Counted from the stretch's first letter, positions 41,559 to 49,939 are shown. The stretch is DNA of 49,939 bases from Nitrospirota bacterium (GCA_030637135.1 DAOVVO010000001.1:1-49939); one strand, 5' to 3'. Notes: a model not told the origin generated them from the sequence alone. Translations and numbers: made by a program.

Positions 41559-42077
41559 ATGGAAGTGCCAGATATTTTAGATCCCCGGTGGCATGCAGTC
41601 CATGTGAGATCACGACATGAGTTTCAGGTCTTTGAAAGGCTCACAAAGAAAGGGATTGAGGCCTTTCTGCCAAGGGTTGAAAGACTCAGGAAATGGAAGG
41701 ACAGAAAAAAATTAATTGCTTTTCCGCTCTTCCCTGGCTATTTGTTTGTTCATATAACGAAAAGAGCAGAAGAAAAATTGAGCGTTTTGAAAATCAGCGG
41801 GGTTGTACGGCTGTTATGCTCTGTACCAGGAGAACCAGACCCTATTCCTGATGAACAAATAATCTCATTAAAAACACTCGTAGAAAACAAAGAAGAACTT
41901 GATCCATATCCATATCTTGATGAGGGAGAGAGAGTCAGAATAAAGAGGGGACCTCTAACAGGGGTTGAGGGAATATTCGTTGAAAAGCTCGACAAACACA
42001 TACTGGTTCTTTCAGTGGATGTTTTACGCCAGGGGGTAGCCCTTACCATAGATGCTTCAGATGTAGAGAAAATATAG
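41559..42077 (+). CDS. NusG paralog (UpxY/RfaH-like transcription antiterminator)
   Basis: WHAVHVRSRHE, PLFPGYLFV (NGN domain), KOW motif GERVRIKRGPLTGVEGIFV. Confidence 0.85.
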   Translation: MEVPDILDPRWHAVHVRSRHEFQVFERLTKKGIEAFLPRVERLRKWKDRKKLIAFPLFPGYLFVHITKRAEEKLSVLKISGVVRLLCSVPGEPDPIPDEQIISLKTLVENKEELDPYPYLDEGERVRIKRGPLTGVEGIFVEKLDKHILVLSVDVLRQGVALTIDASDVEKI

Positions 42078-42240
42078 AGTTTAGGATTGAGAATTTTGAG
42101 TGTGGAGTTCAGAGTTCAGAAGTAAAATTTGTTATTGTTGGTGACGGTGAGTTGTTTCAAGTGTGGTTGGAATTTCACTATGAAACAATGTCATTCTTTA
42201 AGAGAATAGTTGTAAGTTTAAATGCAGAACCAATACAAGA

Positions 42241-42447
42241 GTTTACCCCGTTAGAAAGTCCCGCTGCCTGTCTGCTCTATGAGTCGTAGACCGTCAGGCA
42301 GGCTTGCGACAGGGATAAAGATAAATTCCTTTTTAAGCGAACATGGGGTCTAATACCCCATGTGAGCCTTCCCGCTTAACTGCCGTCAGGCACGTTTAGA
42401 AGGGCAAAGGCCTGCCTGAGGCAGACAGGTCTTCTAACGGGGTTTAT
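42241..42447 (-). mobile_element. MITE-like element, copy 1 (about 207 bp, TIR core ACCCCGTTAGAA)
   Basis: The ends TTTACCCCGTTAGAA (42242-42256) and TTCTAACGGGGTTTA (42432-42446) are inverted repeats. The reverse complement aligns along its length with 49306-49535. Confidence 0.8.
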
Positions 42448-42517
42448 GAACTGAGGCAGATATACTATACAAAATGTATAATATTATTTAAAATATTAAT
42501 TTGAATTGTTAAGTTGC

Positions 42518-42546
42518 TTGACAAAATTTTCGTATATAGAAATAAT
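42518..42546 (+). promoter_or_regulatory. Candidate promoter (TTGACA-17 nt-AATAAT) upstream of the ABC transporter genes
   Basis: TTGACAAAA at 42518-42526 and AATAAT at 42541-42546. Confidence 0.35.
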
Positions 42547-42619
42547 AAAGTAATTGCGTAAATCCACAAATAGCTGATCTATCTTTAGTAGGAAAAATAT
42601 CAAATTAGGTTTAAATAAA

Positions 42620-43354
42620 GTGATAAAATTTATCAATGTATACAAAGCATTTAATGATCAATGTATACCGCTCAAAAATATTAACCTTGAGATTTCTAAA
42701 GGTGAAGTTGTTGTAGTATGCGGACCAAGCGGAGCCGGTAAAAGCACCCTGCTGAGGGTTATTAATAAGCTTGAGCCAATTGATGATGGAGAAATCATTG
42801 TCGATGGCATGCACCTTTCAGATCCCAAAACAAACTTAACTAAACTCAGAGCTGAAATAGGTGTGGTCTTTCAACATTTCAATCTATACCCTCATAAGAC
42901 AGTTCTTAAAAACATAACTCTTGCCCCGCGTAAGGTAAGGGGTCTCAGCAGAAAACAGGCACGAGAAAAAGCGGTTCAGCTCCTTGAGAGGGTAGGGCTT
43001 GCTCATAAGCGTGATGCCTTCCCTATACAGTTATCAGGTGGAGAACAGCAGCGCGTTGCCATAGCGAGGAGTCTTGCAATGGAACCTAAGATAATGCTTT
43101 TTGATGAGCCAACCTCAGCCCTTGACCCCGAACTCATAAGTGAGGTGCTTGAAGTCATGATTTCACTGGTAAAAGAGGGGATGACAATGGTTATTATTAC
43201 CCATGAGTTAGCATTTGCCCAAAAGGTGGCTGATAGACTGATCTTTATGGATAATGGTGAAATTCTGGAAGTCGGAAAACCGGCTGATATCCTTGTAAAT
43301 CCACAGCACGCACGGACAAGGGAATTTGTAAGTAAAATCCTTCATGTCCATTAA
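42620..43354 (+). CDS. Polar amino acid ABC transporter ATP-binding protein (GlnQ-like)
   Basis: GTG start. [39 protein letters not shown]. Confidence 0.93.
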   Translation: MIKFINVYKAFNDQCIPLKNINLEISKGEVVVVCGPSGAGKSTLLRVINKLEPIDDGEIIVDGMHLSDPKTNLTKLRAEIGVVFQHFNLYPHKTVLKNITLAPRKVRGLSRKQAREKAVQLLERVGLAHKRDAFPIQLSGGEQQRVAIARSLAMEPKIMLFDEPTSALDPELISEVLEVMISLVKEGMTMVIITHELAFAQKVADRLIFMDNGEILEVGKPADILVNPQHARTREFVSKILHVH

Positions 43355-43373
43355 AAAATAGGGGGCAATAAAA

Positions 43374-44108
43374 ATTTCCGGATTCTTTCAATATGAGTTC
43401 GACTGGAGTATCCCTTTCAGGGAGCCCTACCTCCAGATGATGATTACCGGCGTTAAGATAACGCTCGTATTATTAGTAACCACGACTATATCCTCTCTCT
43501 TACTGGGAAATGTAATAGCGATAATGAGGGTATCAAGGACAAGGTTCTTGCGAGTCCTTGGTAACCTCTATGTCGAAATCTTCCGCAATATCCCCGGGTT
43601 ATTCTGGGTACTCTTCTTTTATTTTGTTTTCCCCGAACTTCTTCCTTCAGGCTTAAGTGAAAAACTGAATTCCTATCTATACTATCCAGTGATAGCGGGG
43701 ATCCTTGGACTAACCGTTGACAACGCCTCATATGTCTCTGATATCCTTCGAAGCGGCAGACTTGCAATACCCCATGGACAGAGAGAAGTCGCAATCTCCA
43801 CAGGACTGAACCGGGTACAGCAATGGATTTATGTACTTCTTCCTCAAATTTACAGGGTAACACTTCCTCCCCTTGGCACCAGGATGGTTCACAATTTTAA
43901 AAACACATCTCTGTGTATGGCAATAACAGCCCCTGAACTGACGTGGGCTACACAGCAGATTGAATCACTTACCTTCAGGGGCATTGAGGCAACCACTATT
44001 GCGACACTCTTTTATATTTGTTTGGCAGCAATAATGGTTTCAATAATAATACTACTTGAGAAGTACTTAAAGATAGATATTTCCAGCATAACTCACTCAA
44101 GGGCTTGA
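43374..44108 (+). CDS. Amino acid ABC transporter permease (His/Glu/Gln/Arg family); start uncertain
   Basis: The first canonical start is ATG 43437. However, the frame is open from 43362 and encodes a family-typical N-terminus YEFDWSIPFREPYLQ. Candidate starts are ATT 43374 or ATA 43368. Confidence 0.85.
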   Translation: MSGFFQYEFDWSIPFREPYLQMMITGVKITLVLLVTTTISSLLLGNVIAIMRVSRTRFLRVLGNLYVEIFRNIPGLFWVLFFYFVFPELLPSGLSEKLNSYLYYPVIAGILGLTVDNASYVSDILRSGRLAIPHGQREVAISTGLNRVQQWIYVLLPQIYRVTLPPLGTRMVHNFKNTSLCMAITAPELTWATQQIESLTFRGIEATTIATLFYICLAAIMVSIIILLEKYLKIDISSITHSRA

Positions 44109-44114
44109 TAAAAC

Positions 44115-44924
44115 ATGGGTTTACTTGAACAATTCTCTCACTGGAATTTTTACCTTTTGGGCACCTATCCCAAGGGTGAGATTGGCGGACTCGCCCTGAA
44201 CATTATACTGGCAGCCCTTGCCTTATCTTTGAGTTTTATTTTTGGAGTCATGTTGGGCTATAGCAGGCTTTCCTGCCGAATGTATATCAAATACCCATGT
44301 GTTGCATATATAGAGATTATCCGGGCAACTCCGTTAATTTTGCTTATCTTCTGGTTTTACTTCTTCCTACCATATTTAGTGGGTGGAAACATTTCTATTT
44401 TCTGGAGCGCTGTAATTTCTCTTTGTGTATATGCCGCTGCCTATCAGGCTGAGATAGTCAGGGCAGGTATCCTGGCAATACCGAGGGGTCAGTTGGAAGC
44501 GGCATTGTCAACTGGAATGTCAAGACTTCAAGCTATGAAATCAGTGATATTACCTCAGGCATTTAAAATAATGATACCTTCATTTATGAGTTTTTTTGTA
44601 TCCCTGTTTAAAGACACCTCTGTAACTTACATTATCGGGGTTATTGAGCTCACGCAAACAGGAATCATTATAAGCCAGCGGCAGCCTGATAAAATGTTGT
44701 CTGCCTATTTAAGTATGGCAATTGGATATTTTGTCATATGCTATACCCTGTCTCACGTTGCCAGGAGGCTTGAGAAAAAGATTGGCATATATGACCTTGA
44801 GTCATACAGGCCTGACGCCTGCAGAGATGAATATATGCTGCTTCCCACCCACAAAACCGGTGATGAAGAAGAACATCCAAGCAGGATTTGTTCTCCCAAA
44901 CCAGAATTTAGGAAAGACCTGTAG
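44115..44924 (+). CDS. Amino acid ABC transporter permease, second subunit
   Basis: EIIRATPLILLIFWFYF, AYQAEIVRAGILAIPRGQLEAA, EAA-loop-type motifs. Confidence 0.88.
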   Translation: MGLLEQFSHWNFYLLGTYPKGEIGGLALNIILAALALSLSFIFGVMLGYSRLSCRMYIKYPCVAYIEIIRATPLILLIFWFYFFLPYLVGGNISIFWSAVISLCVYAAAYQAEIVRAGILAIPRGQLEAALSTGMSRLQAMKSVILPQAFKIMIPSFMSFFVSLFKDTSVTYIIGVIELTQTGIIISQRQPDKMLSAYLSMAIGYFVICYTLSHVARRLEKKIGIYDLESYRPDACRDEYMLLPTHKTGDEEEHPSRICSPKPEFRKDL

Positions 44925-44926
44925 AT

Positions 44927-45181
44927 TTATTTTTTGTCTCCCTGTTTTAAGACACCTCTGTAACTTACATTATTGGGTTCGTTGAGATCACGAAAGCAGG
45001 AATCATTATAAACCAGTGGCAGTCTGATGGAATGTACGCAGTGTATTTAAGTATGGCAATTGGATATTTTGTTATATGATACAGCCTGACTTATGTCGCC
45101 AGGGTTCTTGAGAAAGGATTGGAATATGTGGTCTTGCATCACAGAGGTATGATGTCAGCAAAGATGAATATAGTTATTCCC
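44927..45181 (+). pseudogene. Degenerate direct duplicate of the permease 3' end (copy of about 44591-44848)
   Basis: About 255 bp aligns by eye at roughly 80-85% identity. The corresponding frame contains TAA and TGA stops. Confidence 0.8.
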
Positions 45182-45227
45182 TAAAAACATACTTCGGAGT
45201 CTTTTTCAGTCAACGATACTTTATAAA

Positions 45228-48200
45228 ATGAAAAAATATAAAAAATACGCAATGTTGATTGATCTTAATAGGTGTGTGGGATGTTATGCCTGTCAGGTAA
45301 CGTGCAAGGCTGAATATAATATCCCTTTTGGTACTGCCAGATGCAGGGTAGAGACATACCGATTAGGCAACTACCCGAAAATCAAAAAATTCTTTTTGCC
45401 TCGTCTCTGCAATCACTGTGACTATGCCCCTTGTATTGAAGGATGTTCAGAAAATGCACTGTATAAAAACAAGGAAGGTGTTGTCTTACTCAATAACGAA
45501 CTCTGCACGGGATGTCTGCAATGTTATGAAAAGTGCCCCTATGATGTGATTGAGATAAGTTCTTACACAGGTAAGGCTGAAAAATGTGATTTTTGTTACA
45601 CAAGGAGATTGAAAAGAGGCTTATTACCTGTCTGTGTAGAGAGTTGCATGGGAAAGGCATTTACCTTTGGTGACATCAATGATAAAAAGAGTGAGATAGC
45701 CATTGCCCTTAAAAAAAACCAGGTCAAGGTATTAAACCCTGAGCTTGAAACAAACCCCTCGGTTTTTTATATGTTTACCGGTGATACAGGCAATTCTCCT
45801 TTAAAAAGATATGAGATGACAGAAAGGCGTTACACGAGGAGGGTTTCGGTTCAGCAGAAAGAAACTCATTTTGAAAAAACAGAGAAGTTAGTATATACAT
45901 CAGATGCCATGTGTCCCTCTGAGTGCGGTATTTCGGTACTCGTAGAAGACGGTGTGGCAAAAAAAATATATGGAAATCCTCATTCCCTGATAAATCAAGG
46001 AGCTTTCTGTGCAAAAGGCGCATCAGGTCTTCAACTGACATACTCACCCCACAGGATTAAAACACCTTTGATGAGATTAGGAGAGAGGGGTGAAGATAGA
46101 TGGAAGTCTGTAACATGGGATGAGGCATCTGATTATATTACAAAAAAATTACTCCAGATCAAAAAGAATTTCGGTCCTGAGGCAGTGTTCTTTGACGGTG
46201 GTGATGTTACTGATAGAGAAGCCTATTACAGGCTGTTTCACGCATTCGGAACTCCCAATATATACAACCACGGAAGCATCTGCGACCCTAATCGCAAATG
46301 GGGACAATGGATTATGACGGGAGATGAAAGACCACTACCTGATATTCAAAGACCCGTTCTTATGAGAAACGAAAATAACGAGGAATATCTCAACAAAAAA
46401 CATGATGCCAGACTCGTTATGAATATAGGTGCAAATCCCCTTGTTGCTACAAGGTTCAACTATATGTCATATGGTATTCCGGCTGCAAAAAATGAGAATA
46501 AGTGTGTGTATATTGTGGTTGACCCTGCTTTTACCAATTCAGCTTCGCATGCAGATATATGGCTCCCGATAAGGCCCGGAACAGATGCCGCTCTGCTGGC
46601 AGCAATGCTCTGTTATATCATTAATAATGATTCACCCCGTAATACCTCAAAGAGATATATAAACCATGATTTTATTGAAAGATATACTGTTGGATGGAGC
46701 GAATTTAAAGAAGCCTTTTTTTCATACACAGAAAGAAAAGACCCATCTAATAATCTCTTCTTCTTTACCCCTGAATGGGCAGAGGAGAAAACACGTATTC
46801 CCAAAAACGATATAGTCAAAACAGCGCATTTATTCGGCAGTTCAAAACCAGCAGCAATTGAAATAGGAATGCACGGAACAGCCCACCATACAAACGGTGA
46901 TGTCATATCAATCCTTATGACAGCACTCTGCCTTATAACAGGAAATATAGACAATCCAGGAGGTTTAGTATTTATTGACTCACAAAAGGTAAAAAAAGGG
47001 GATAAGACCATTGGAAAAGAGTTCCTTGAAAAAGTTGTTATCAGAAAAATTAATAACGAGGCGGTATCGGGCAGGCTCTTGGAACTTCAGAAGGACTCAT
47101 ACGGAGATTACCCCTGTGCATGGAAAGGTGTATTGACTGATTTGCCTGCCAAAATACGGGAAGGTATAGAAATAAAACACGGACCTTTTAAAGGGTATAG
47201 CTACCCTGTTAAGGCATTTATTGCAAGGGCTGGGAATCCCGTTGTAACTGCCGGCAGCACACCGGATTGGATAGATGCCTTAACATCAAGGGATAAATCA
47301 GGTGAATATTTGCTTGAATTGATGGTTTTCATTGACACGCATATAACCGTAACGGGCACGTATGCAGATATAGTGCTTCCTGAGGCAGGTTTTCTCGAAA
47401 GGATGGGGCTGAGTGATGTGTATACCATGAGTCCGGAAGTAGCTATCAGGGACCAGGTGATAAAACCACTTTATGAATCTAAAACACCATTTGAGATTAT
47501 GATTGCTCTGTCCGGGGCACTTATAAAAAATGGGGACCCTGACATCAAGGCAAAAGACTTTGGTAGAAAATATAAAAGCGAAGAGGATTTTATCAACGAG
47601 ATTTTAAGTGAGGCCCCGGGTTTTTATAATATTGGTAAACCACTTCCATATCCTGATCTCCCCGAAGGTTGTTTGATAATAGGTGTTCCCGACAACCCCA
47701 GAGCTGTCCAGGGGAAGAAAGTCATAAGTAACGGCACGCCTCTCACTGTTGACTGGCTCAGGAAACATCACGGTGTGGCAATATGGCCTGCCAGTTACGA
47801 GCGGTATAAAAACTCAGATGGTTCCCCATCAGGAATATATCCAAAAACCAGCTCGAAAAAGTTTGAATTTAAATTCAGTTATCTTGAAAACATTAATAAA
47901 AAATTTGGAACTGATTATCCTACTACCTTCTATTGGTCTGACTGCAAATGGAATCCAAAGAATCCATTATTTAAAAAGATCAGTAAGGAATATCCCTTCC
48001 AGTTAATAAGTGGCAGGGTACATTATGCTATGACAATGACAGTGGTGTGCCCGTATCTTGCCGAAACTCAAACAGAGTGTATGAAGCCTTTAAACGATGA
48101 TTTTAAATACACTATGCCTGAACAGAAGAATGTTCCTGAAAAATACAGCATTCCTGATGAGAGAGAGGTATCTTTCAATGCAGGTAGTGTTTCTATTCCG

Positions 48201-48506
48201 GTTTTTGCATTTAACAGTACTGATGCGGAGTTTCTGGGTATAAAGATAGGAGATATTGTAACACTGGAGAACCCGCTAAAAAAGTCTATTACAGGAAAGG
48301 TTTTTGTAACAGAAGAAATAATGCCGGGAGTTATCAAAACTGCCTTTGGTCCTGGAGGTCAAAAGGCATCCGGAATTGGTTTCATCAATAATACCGCAGA
48401 GTATACCCCTAACATAAATGAACTTTTTGACCCAAAGAATATATCAGTCTTTACCGGAATGCCAGGATTCGGAGATATTATGGTAAAAGTGATTAAAATG
48501 AAATAG
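45228..48506 (+). CDS. Fused 4x[4Fe-4S] ferredoxin (PsrB/DmsB-like) and molybdopterin (bis-MGD) oxidoreductase catalytic subunit
   Basis: Residues 1 to about 190 carry four Cys clusters (CVGCYACQVTC, CNHCDYAPCIEGC, CTGCLQCYEKCP, CDFC...PVCVESC). The remainder has the MopB architecture (…DAMCPSECGISV...FCAKG, HGSICD, C-terminal barrel). No twin-arginine signal is present. Confidence 0.88.
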   Translation: MKKYKKYAMLIDLNRCVGCYACQVTCKAEYNIPFGTARCRVETYRLGNYPKIKKFFLPRLCNHCDYAPCIEGCSENALYKNKEGVVLLNNELCTGCLQCYEKCPYDVIEISSYTGKAEKCDFCYTRRLKRGLLPVCVESCMGKAFTFGDINDKKSEIAIALKKNQVKVLNPELETNPSVFYMFTGDTGNSPLKRYEMTERRYTRRVSVQQKETHFEKTEKLVYTSDAMCPSECGISVLVEDGVAKKIYGNPHSLINQGAFCAKGASGLQLTYSPHRIKTPLMRLGERGEDRWKSVTWDEASDYITKKLLQIKKNFGPEAVFFDGGDVTDREAYYRLFHAFGTPNIYNHGSICDPNRKWGQWIMTGDERPLPDIQRPVLMRNENNEEYLNKKHDARLVMNIGANPLVATRFNYMSYGIPAAKNENKCVYIVVDPAFTNSASHADIWLPIRPGTDAALLAAMLCYIINNDSPRNTSKRYINHDFIERYTVGWSEFKEAFFSYTERKDPSNNLFFFTPEWAEEKTRIPKNDIVKTAHLFGSSKPAAIEIGMHGTAHHTNGDVISILMTALCLITGNIDNPGGLVFIDSQKVKKGDKTIGKEFLEKVVIRKINNEAVSGRLLELQKDSYGDYPCAWKGVLTDLPAKIREGIEIKHGPFKGYSYPVKAFIARAGNPVVTAGSTPDWIDALTSRDKSGEYLLELMVFIDTHITVTGTYADIVLPEAGFLERMGLSDVYTMSPEVAIRDQVIKPLYESKTPFEIMIALSGALIKNGDPDIKAKDFGRKYKSEEDFINEILSEAPGFYNIGKPLPYPDLPEGCLIIGVPDNPRAVQGKKVISNGTPLTVDWLRKHHGVAIWPASYERYKNSDGSPSGIYPKTSSKKFEFKFSYLENINKKFGTDYPTTFYWSDCKWNPKNPLFKKISKEYPFQLISGRVHYAMTMTVVCPYLAETQTECMKPLNDDFKYTMPEQKNVPEKYSIPDEREVSFNAGSVSIPVFAFNSTDAEFLGIKIGDIVTLENPLKKSITGKVFVTEEIMPGVIKTAFGPGGQKASGIGFINNTAEYTPNINELFDPKNISVFTGMPGFGDIMVKVIKMK

Positions 48507-48585
48507 CGAACGTTAGTGAGCGAATGTGATAATAAACAAGTCCGAACATTCGGGTTTCCGCAGGGAACACTAAATGAAATAGCGA

Positions 48586-48644
48586 GCCTGCCTGACGCCT
48601 GCCTGCTCTATGAGTCGTAGACCGTTAGGCATGGTAGTCAGGCG
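48586..48644 (-). repeat. Copy of the core repeat (CTGCTCTATGAGTCGTAGACC at 48603-48623) inside a GCCTGAC/GTCAGGC stem
   Basis: Read from the sequence. The stem arms are at 48590-48596 and 48637-48643. Confidence 0.85.
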
Positions 48645-48699
48645 TATTACCCGTAGCCCGGAGCGAGTCTCTAGTGAGCTTCAATGATGTGAAACATTA

Positions 48700-49182
48700 T
48701 CAGAAGCTCTGCCATATGCCGATGCCAAACCGTATTGGCATTCTTTGCCCCGGTTGCAATAAATGTAGCTCCCTGCTTTTTATGAGAAGGTAATGGTAGT
48801 TTATTTCTCCAAGGGGGCGGACTTTTTTCCCTATGACTTCCCCTGCCACAGTTATATCCCTTCCTTCTGAATAGATAGCTATATCAAGGAATCCTTCATG
48901 GAAAATAAGGAATCTGCCGAGAGATTGGTCTGTATACCTTGGTCTCCCGCGATAATCCAGCGGCTTTTCAACGACCTCTATATAGGTTCCTTCCTGAGTA
49001 TTCAGAGAACTTACGATACTGCCACCGAGAATCACAATCTTGCCCTTGTGTGCTTTGGGTTCCTTGAATAATGATGCAGTAGGGAATTCCTTGACCGCTC
49101 TGTCCCGTAAGTCTTGAGACACTATATGGGCACAGCCAAGGGTAAAAAATGTTAAACTGAAAACAAGAAGTAAACGCTTCAT
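48700..49182 (-). CDS. Slp family outer-membrane lipoprotein
   Basis: Lipobox FFTLGC at residues 12-17. GKIVILGGSIVS...TYIEVVEKPLD...GRFLI pattern typical of Slp/YeaY. Confidence 0.8.
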   Translation of the reverse strand: MKRLLLVFSLTFFTLGCAHIVSQDLRDRAVKEFPTASLFKEPKAHKGKIVILGGSIVSSLNTQEGTYIEVVEKPLDYRGRPRYTDQSLGRFLIFHEGFLDIAIYSEGRDITVAGEVIGKKVRPLGEINYHYLLIKSRELHLLQPGQRMPIRFGIGIWQSF

Positions 49183-49305
49183 ATACCCATTATAATAAAA
49201 TCACTGTCAAAAGAGCTAAAGAACTCTCCGGTTATTTCTGACAAAATATATGCCACAGACCCCGACAGTAAAAAAGCGAACCTCCGCTGGCGGTATTATA
49301 TTTCG

Positions 49306-49535
49306 TAAACCCCGTTATAGAAGACCCTTTGCCCTTTTAAACGTGCCTGATGCATGCCTCTACCTATCGGTCTACGACTCATAGAGCAGACAGGTGCCGT
49401 TAGGCATGGCAGTCAAGCGGGAAGGCTTACATGGGGCATTAGACCCCATATTCGCTCAAAAAGGAATTTATTTTTATCCCCCCCCGCAAGCCTGCCTGAG
49501 GCAGACAGGCAGCGGGGCTTTCTAACGGGGTAAAT
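49306..49535 (+). mobile_element. MITE-like element, copy 2 (about 230 bp), opposite orientation to copy 1
   Basis: Ends GTAAACCCCGTTATAGAAG (49306-49324) and TTCTAACGGGGTAAA (49520-49534). Internal hairpin CATGGGG...CCCCAT, the core 21-mer and the CCTGCCTGAGGCAGACAGG module are all present. Confidence 0.8.
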
Positions 49536-49552
49536 CAAAAACTGGAATAGAA

Positions 49553-49939
49553 GTGGCGCTCATATCGGTCAAAGGAGGAAAAATATGGTGTTTGCCCAAG
49601 GGAATTATAGATACATATGAACGAGCAAACGAAGCTGCCTTACGGGAGGTAAAGGAAGAAACAGGACTGAGAGGTAAGATAATAGATAAAATAGGTGAGA
49701 TTTCATACTGGTTTTTTTCAAAAGAAGAAGGAGTAAGGGTACATAAAACCGTTTATTTTTATCTCATGAGATATGTAAGTGGGAACACAAAAGATCATGA
49801 CAGCGAGGTAGATGATGCACGGTGGTTTCCGATAAAAGATGTAATGAATGTTTTGACCTACAAGGGTGAAAAAGAAATTATGGTTAAGGCAATAAAGATG
49901 ATGGGGAAATATTTAAGTCAAACCCCTGATTTATATTAT
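49553..49939 (+). CDS. Nudix hydrolase (partial at window end; N-terminus apparently shortened)
   Basis: Nudix box GIIDTYERANEAALREVKEETGL (G-x5-E-x7-REVxEETG). GTG start at 49553. No stop before the window end. Confidence 0.75.
   Translation, partial: MALISVKGGKIWCLPKGIIDTYERANEAALREVKEETGLRGKIIDKIGEISYWFFSKEEGVRVHKTVYFYLMRYVSGNTKDHDSEVDDARWFPIKDVMNVLTYKGEKEIMVKAIKMMGKYLSQTPDLYY

Noticed and set aside
45228-45320. Tat (twin-arginine) signal peptide on the molybdoenzyme.
   Set aside because: The N-terminus goes directly into the first CxxCxxCxxxC ferredoxin motif, with no RRxF(L/I)K motif or hydrophobic h-region.
45228-48506. Selenocysteine (in-frame TGA plus SECIS) in the molybdoenzyme, given the nearby fdhD.
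   Set aside because: The ORF is uninterrupted over 1092 codons and the presumed Mo-ligand position is a Cys (HGSICD). No TGA recoding is needed.

Overview
AT-rich (about 40% GC by eye) bacterial chromosomal window made up almost entirely of housekeeping genes. On the + strand: yebC, ruvC-ruvA-ruvB, queH, a SpoIID-like gene, queA, phoH, a 7TM-HD hydrolase, ybeY, a DgkA-PAP2 fusion, ROK glucokinase, lepA, lepB, ribE-ribBA-ribH-nusB, purB, purC, the F1Fo ATP synthase genes b'-b-delta-alpha-gamma-beta-epsilon, a HAD phosphatase and a HAMP membrane protein. A 9-kb minus-strand block follows: gyrA, gyrB, dnaN, dnaA, fdhD. The + strand then resumes with a MarR-like/NusG-paralog pair, an amino-acid ABC transporter and a large fused FeS-molybdopterin oxidoreductase. 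The window ends with an Slp lipoprotein (-) and a partial Nudix gene (+). I saw no rRNA, tRNA or CRISPR array, and no clear defence or secretion system. The unusual content is of three kinds. (1) dnaA carries two in-frame stop codons but is otherwise intact, and two other conserved genes (phoH, an ABC permease) lack a canonical start codon. These may be sequence errors, so they need read-level checking. (2) The repeat load is very high: a RAYT transposase flanked by REP hairpins, a 210-230 bp TIR-bounded MITE-like element in two mosaic copies, a 21-nt core present 7 times, AAATTCCAA-type and 10-nt-phased low-complexity repeats, and 80-300 nt spacers inside operons that are usually compact (ruvCAB, rib, atp). 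(3) Several coding oddities: a 51-nt in-frame double-hairpin insertion in gyrA, an apparently cytoplasmic PsrB-PsrA-type fusion with Asp in place of the first FS0 cysteine, and a compact four-gene operon of small uncharacterised proteins. All homology calls come from recognising motifs by eye in the supplied translations; no searches were run.
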